From contig NC_042997.1 of the NCBI RefSeq assembly GCF_006345805.1, forward strand, positions 205,158,001 through 205,222,000: DNA of 64,000 nucleotides. Direction: 5' to 3'. The notes under the pieces were generated by a model. The model was not told where the DNA came from, ran no database searches, and saw nothing but the letters and a program-made list of their open reading frames with translations. This DNA is from Octopus sinensis. Its lineage: Eukaryota. Every line of letters starts with the position of its first letter. Positions within the stretch are counted from its first letter, which is position 1. Shown piece by piece: positions 63,666 through 64,000 of the stretch. Made by a program: the position numbers and the translations under genes.

Positions 63666-64000
63666 GTACATATAGCAAATAAGAAAATGGAGTGGATACC
63701 AAACGGCAAGCATCATCCGGTAGACATTCCAGTGTGTCTGTTTATTCGAAAGCATTAGAAAGTATTAGAAGAAAACATACACATGTAGTAACCATGTGTT
63801 ACACACACATGTATTAATATTACAAGAAAGAGCAAAAGATCAGTTCCTTACGGCCGTTTCTGCTAAGAGGCAACGAAATCCTACATGCCATCTCCATCTC
63901 TTCAGTGTTCTGTAGGGATGGGCAGATAAGGTTTGGATGATGAGTGTGCCTCTAGGCTGCTTCAGAGGGTCTAAGTGGTTAGGAGGGCTAATACATATAA

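Overview
AT-rich, microsatellite-dense eukaryotic genomic DNA. The tRNA-derived SINE families suggest an octopus, which is an inference from repeat resemblance only. The one convincing intact gene is a 740-aa ORF with no intron in the coding region: signal peptide, ~200-aa six-cysteine ectodomain and roughly 9-10 hydrophobic segments, and I cannot assign it to a named family. It occurs four times: two apparently identical intact copies (5068-7290, 21240-23462), a 5'/3'-truncated pseudogene (32527-33457) and a full-length frameshifted inverted paralog (39094-41281). The two intact copies lie in a >=14.2 kb duplication that ends exactly at a 100-N scaffold gap, so they may be two alleles of one locus. 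The rest is mobile-element debris: R4/Dong, CR1, RTE and Tx1 LINEs, Penelope-like elements with pseudo-LTRs, DD37D mariner, piggyBac, Helitrons, SINEs and palindromic MITEs. About a dozen hammerhead-ribozyme-like motifs from several families are hidden in this debris, and there are paired filled and empty microsatellite target sites. All comparisons were made by eye; boundaries of degraded repeats are approximate (tens of bp).
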